From: an uncultured delta proteobacterium
Lineage (GTDB): Bacteria; Desulfobacterota; Binatia; UBA9968
Assembly: GCA_963840855.1 (NCBI GenBank)
Contig: CAWJBB010000033.1
Coordinates: 32,001-96,000, forward strand
Direction: 5' to 3'
Length of the DNA stretch: 64,000 nucleotides
In this document: piece after piece, positions 63,837-64,000 of the stretch
How positions within the stretch are numbered: the stretch's first letter is position 1
Layout of the letters: the number at the start of each line of letters is the position of its first letter
Notes under the pieces: generated by a model
Told to the model about the DNA's origin: nothing
Database searches by the model: none
Seen by the model: the letters and a program-made list of their open reading frames with translations, nothing else
Translations under genes and position numbers: made by a program

Positions 63837-64000
63837 TACTTACGCCGGTATCGAGGACTATCTTCTCCGCCCATGGATCATCCGGACCTATCATGACCTG
63901 TTTGTTAATGTAGGCTACCGGCTCGAGTCCGAAGAAATTTTTCGGGGAACAAAGGAAGGAGTCGAACTCGAAGTCTTGATCTCACTTTTCGCCAAAGCGC

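Noticed and set aside
63940-64000. Possible tRNA on the minus strand (GTTCGACTC, T-loop-like)
   Set aside because: Flanks do not form a 5-bp T stem or an acceptor stem with CCA.

Overview
GC-rich bacterial chromosomal window with no rRNA, tRNA, CRISPR, integrase or transposase that I can support. The gene content (large TctC/Bug expansion, CoA-dependent catabolism, short-period palindromic intergenic repeats) suggests a soil/sediment deltaproteobacterium-like organism such as Candidatus Binatia; this is inference only. Layout: (1) 1-11.6 kb, mixed housekeeping/regulatory genes (DUF309, ABC exporter, MFS plus a truncated duplicate, isocitrate/isopropylmalate dehydrogenase, M24-fold hydrolase, hybrid histidine kinase, signal-peptide-bearing methyltransferase). 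(2) 11.6-27.5 kb, one minus-strand run read as amidohydrolase, tctB, nine tandem tctC/Bug paralogs (eight near full length, one scrambled relic), tctA, D-aminoacylase-like enzyme, amidohydrolase. (3) 27.6-46.9 kb, plus-strand acyl-CoA catabolic cluster (3 acyl-CoA dehydrogenases, Cys-less thiolase plus DUF35, 4 crotonases including HCHL-like, CoA ligase, fused family III CoA transferase). (4) 47-52.5 kb, CheB-CheR-PAS hybrid kinase and an RpoD-like sigma factor. (5) 53.3-63.8 kb, candidate sigma54-driven glycan locus (GH-A/GT2 fusion, ABC exporter, three methyltransferases including NodS-like, ChbG/YdjC deacetylase, GT-B and ArnT-like transferases). About 15 genes carry single-base frameshifts, most likely uncorrected long-read indels. 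The most striking observation is that the signal peptides of four adjacent tctC paralogs are encoded by a GTTCAA...TTGAAC inverted tandem-repeat element whose close relative also occurs free-standing in an intergenic region of this window.
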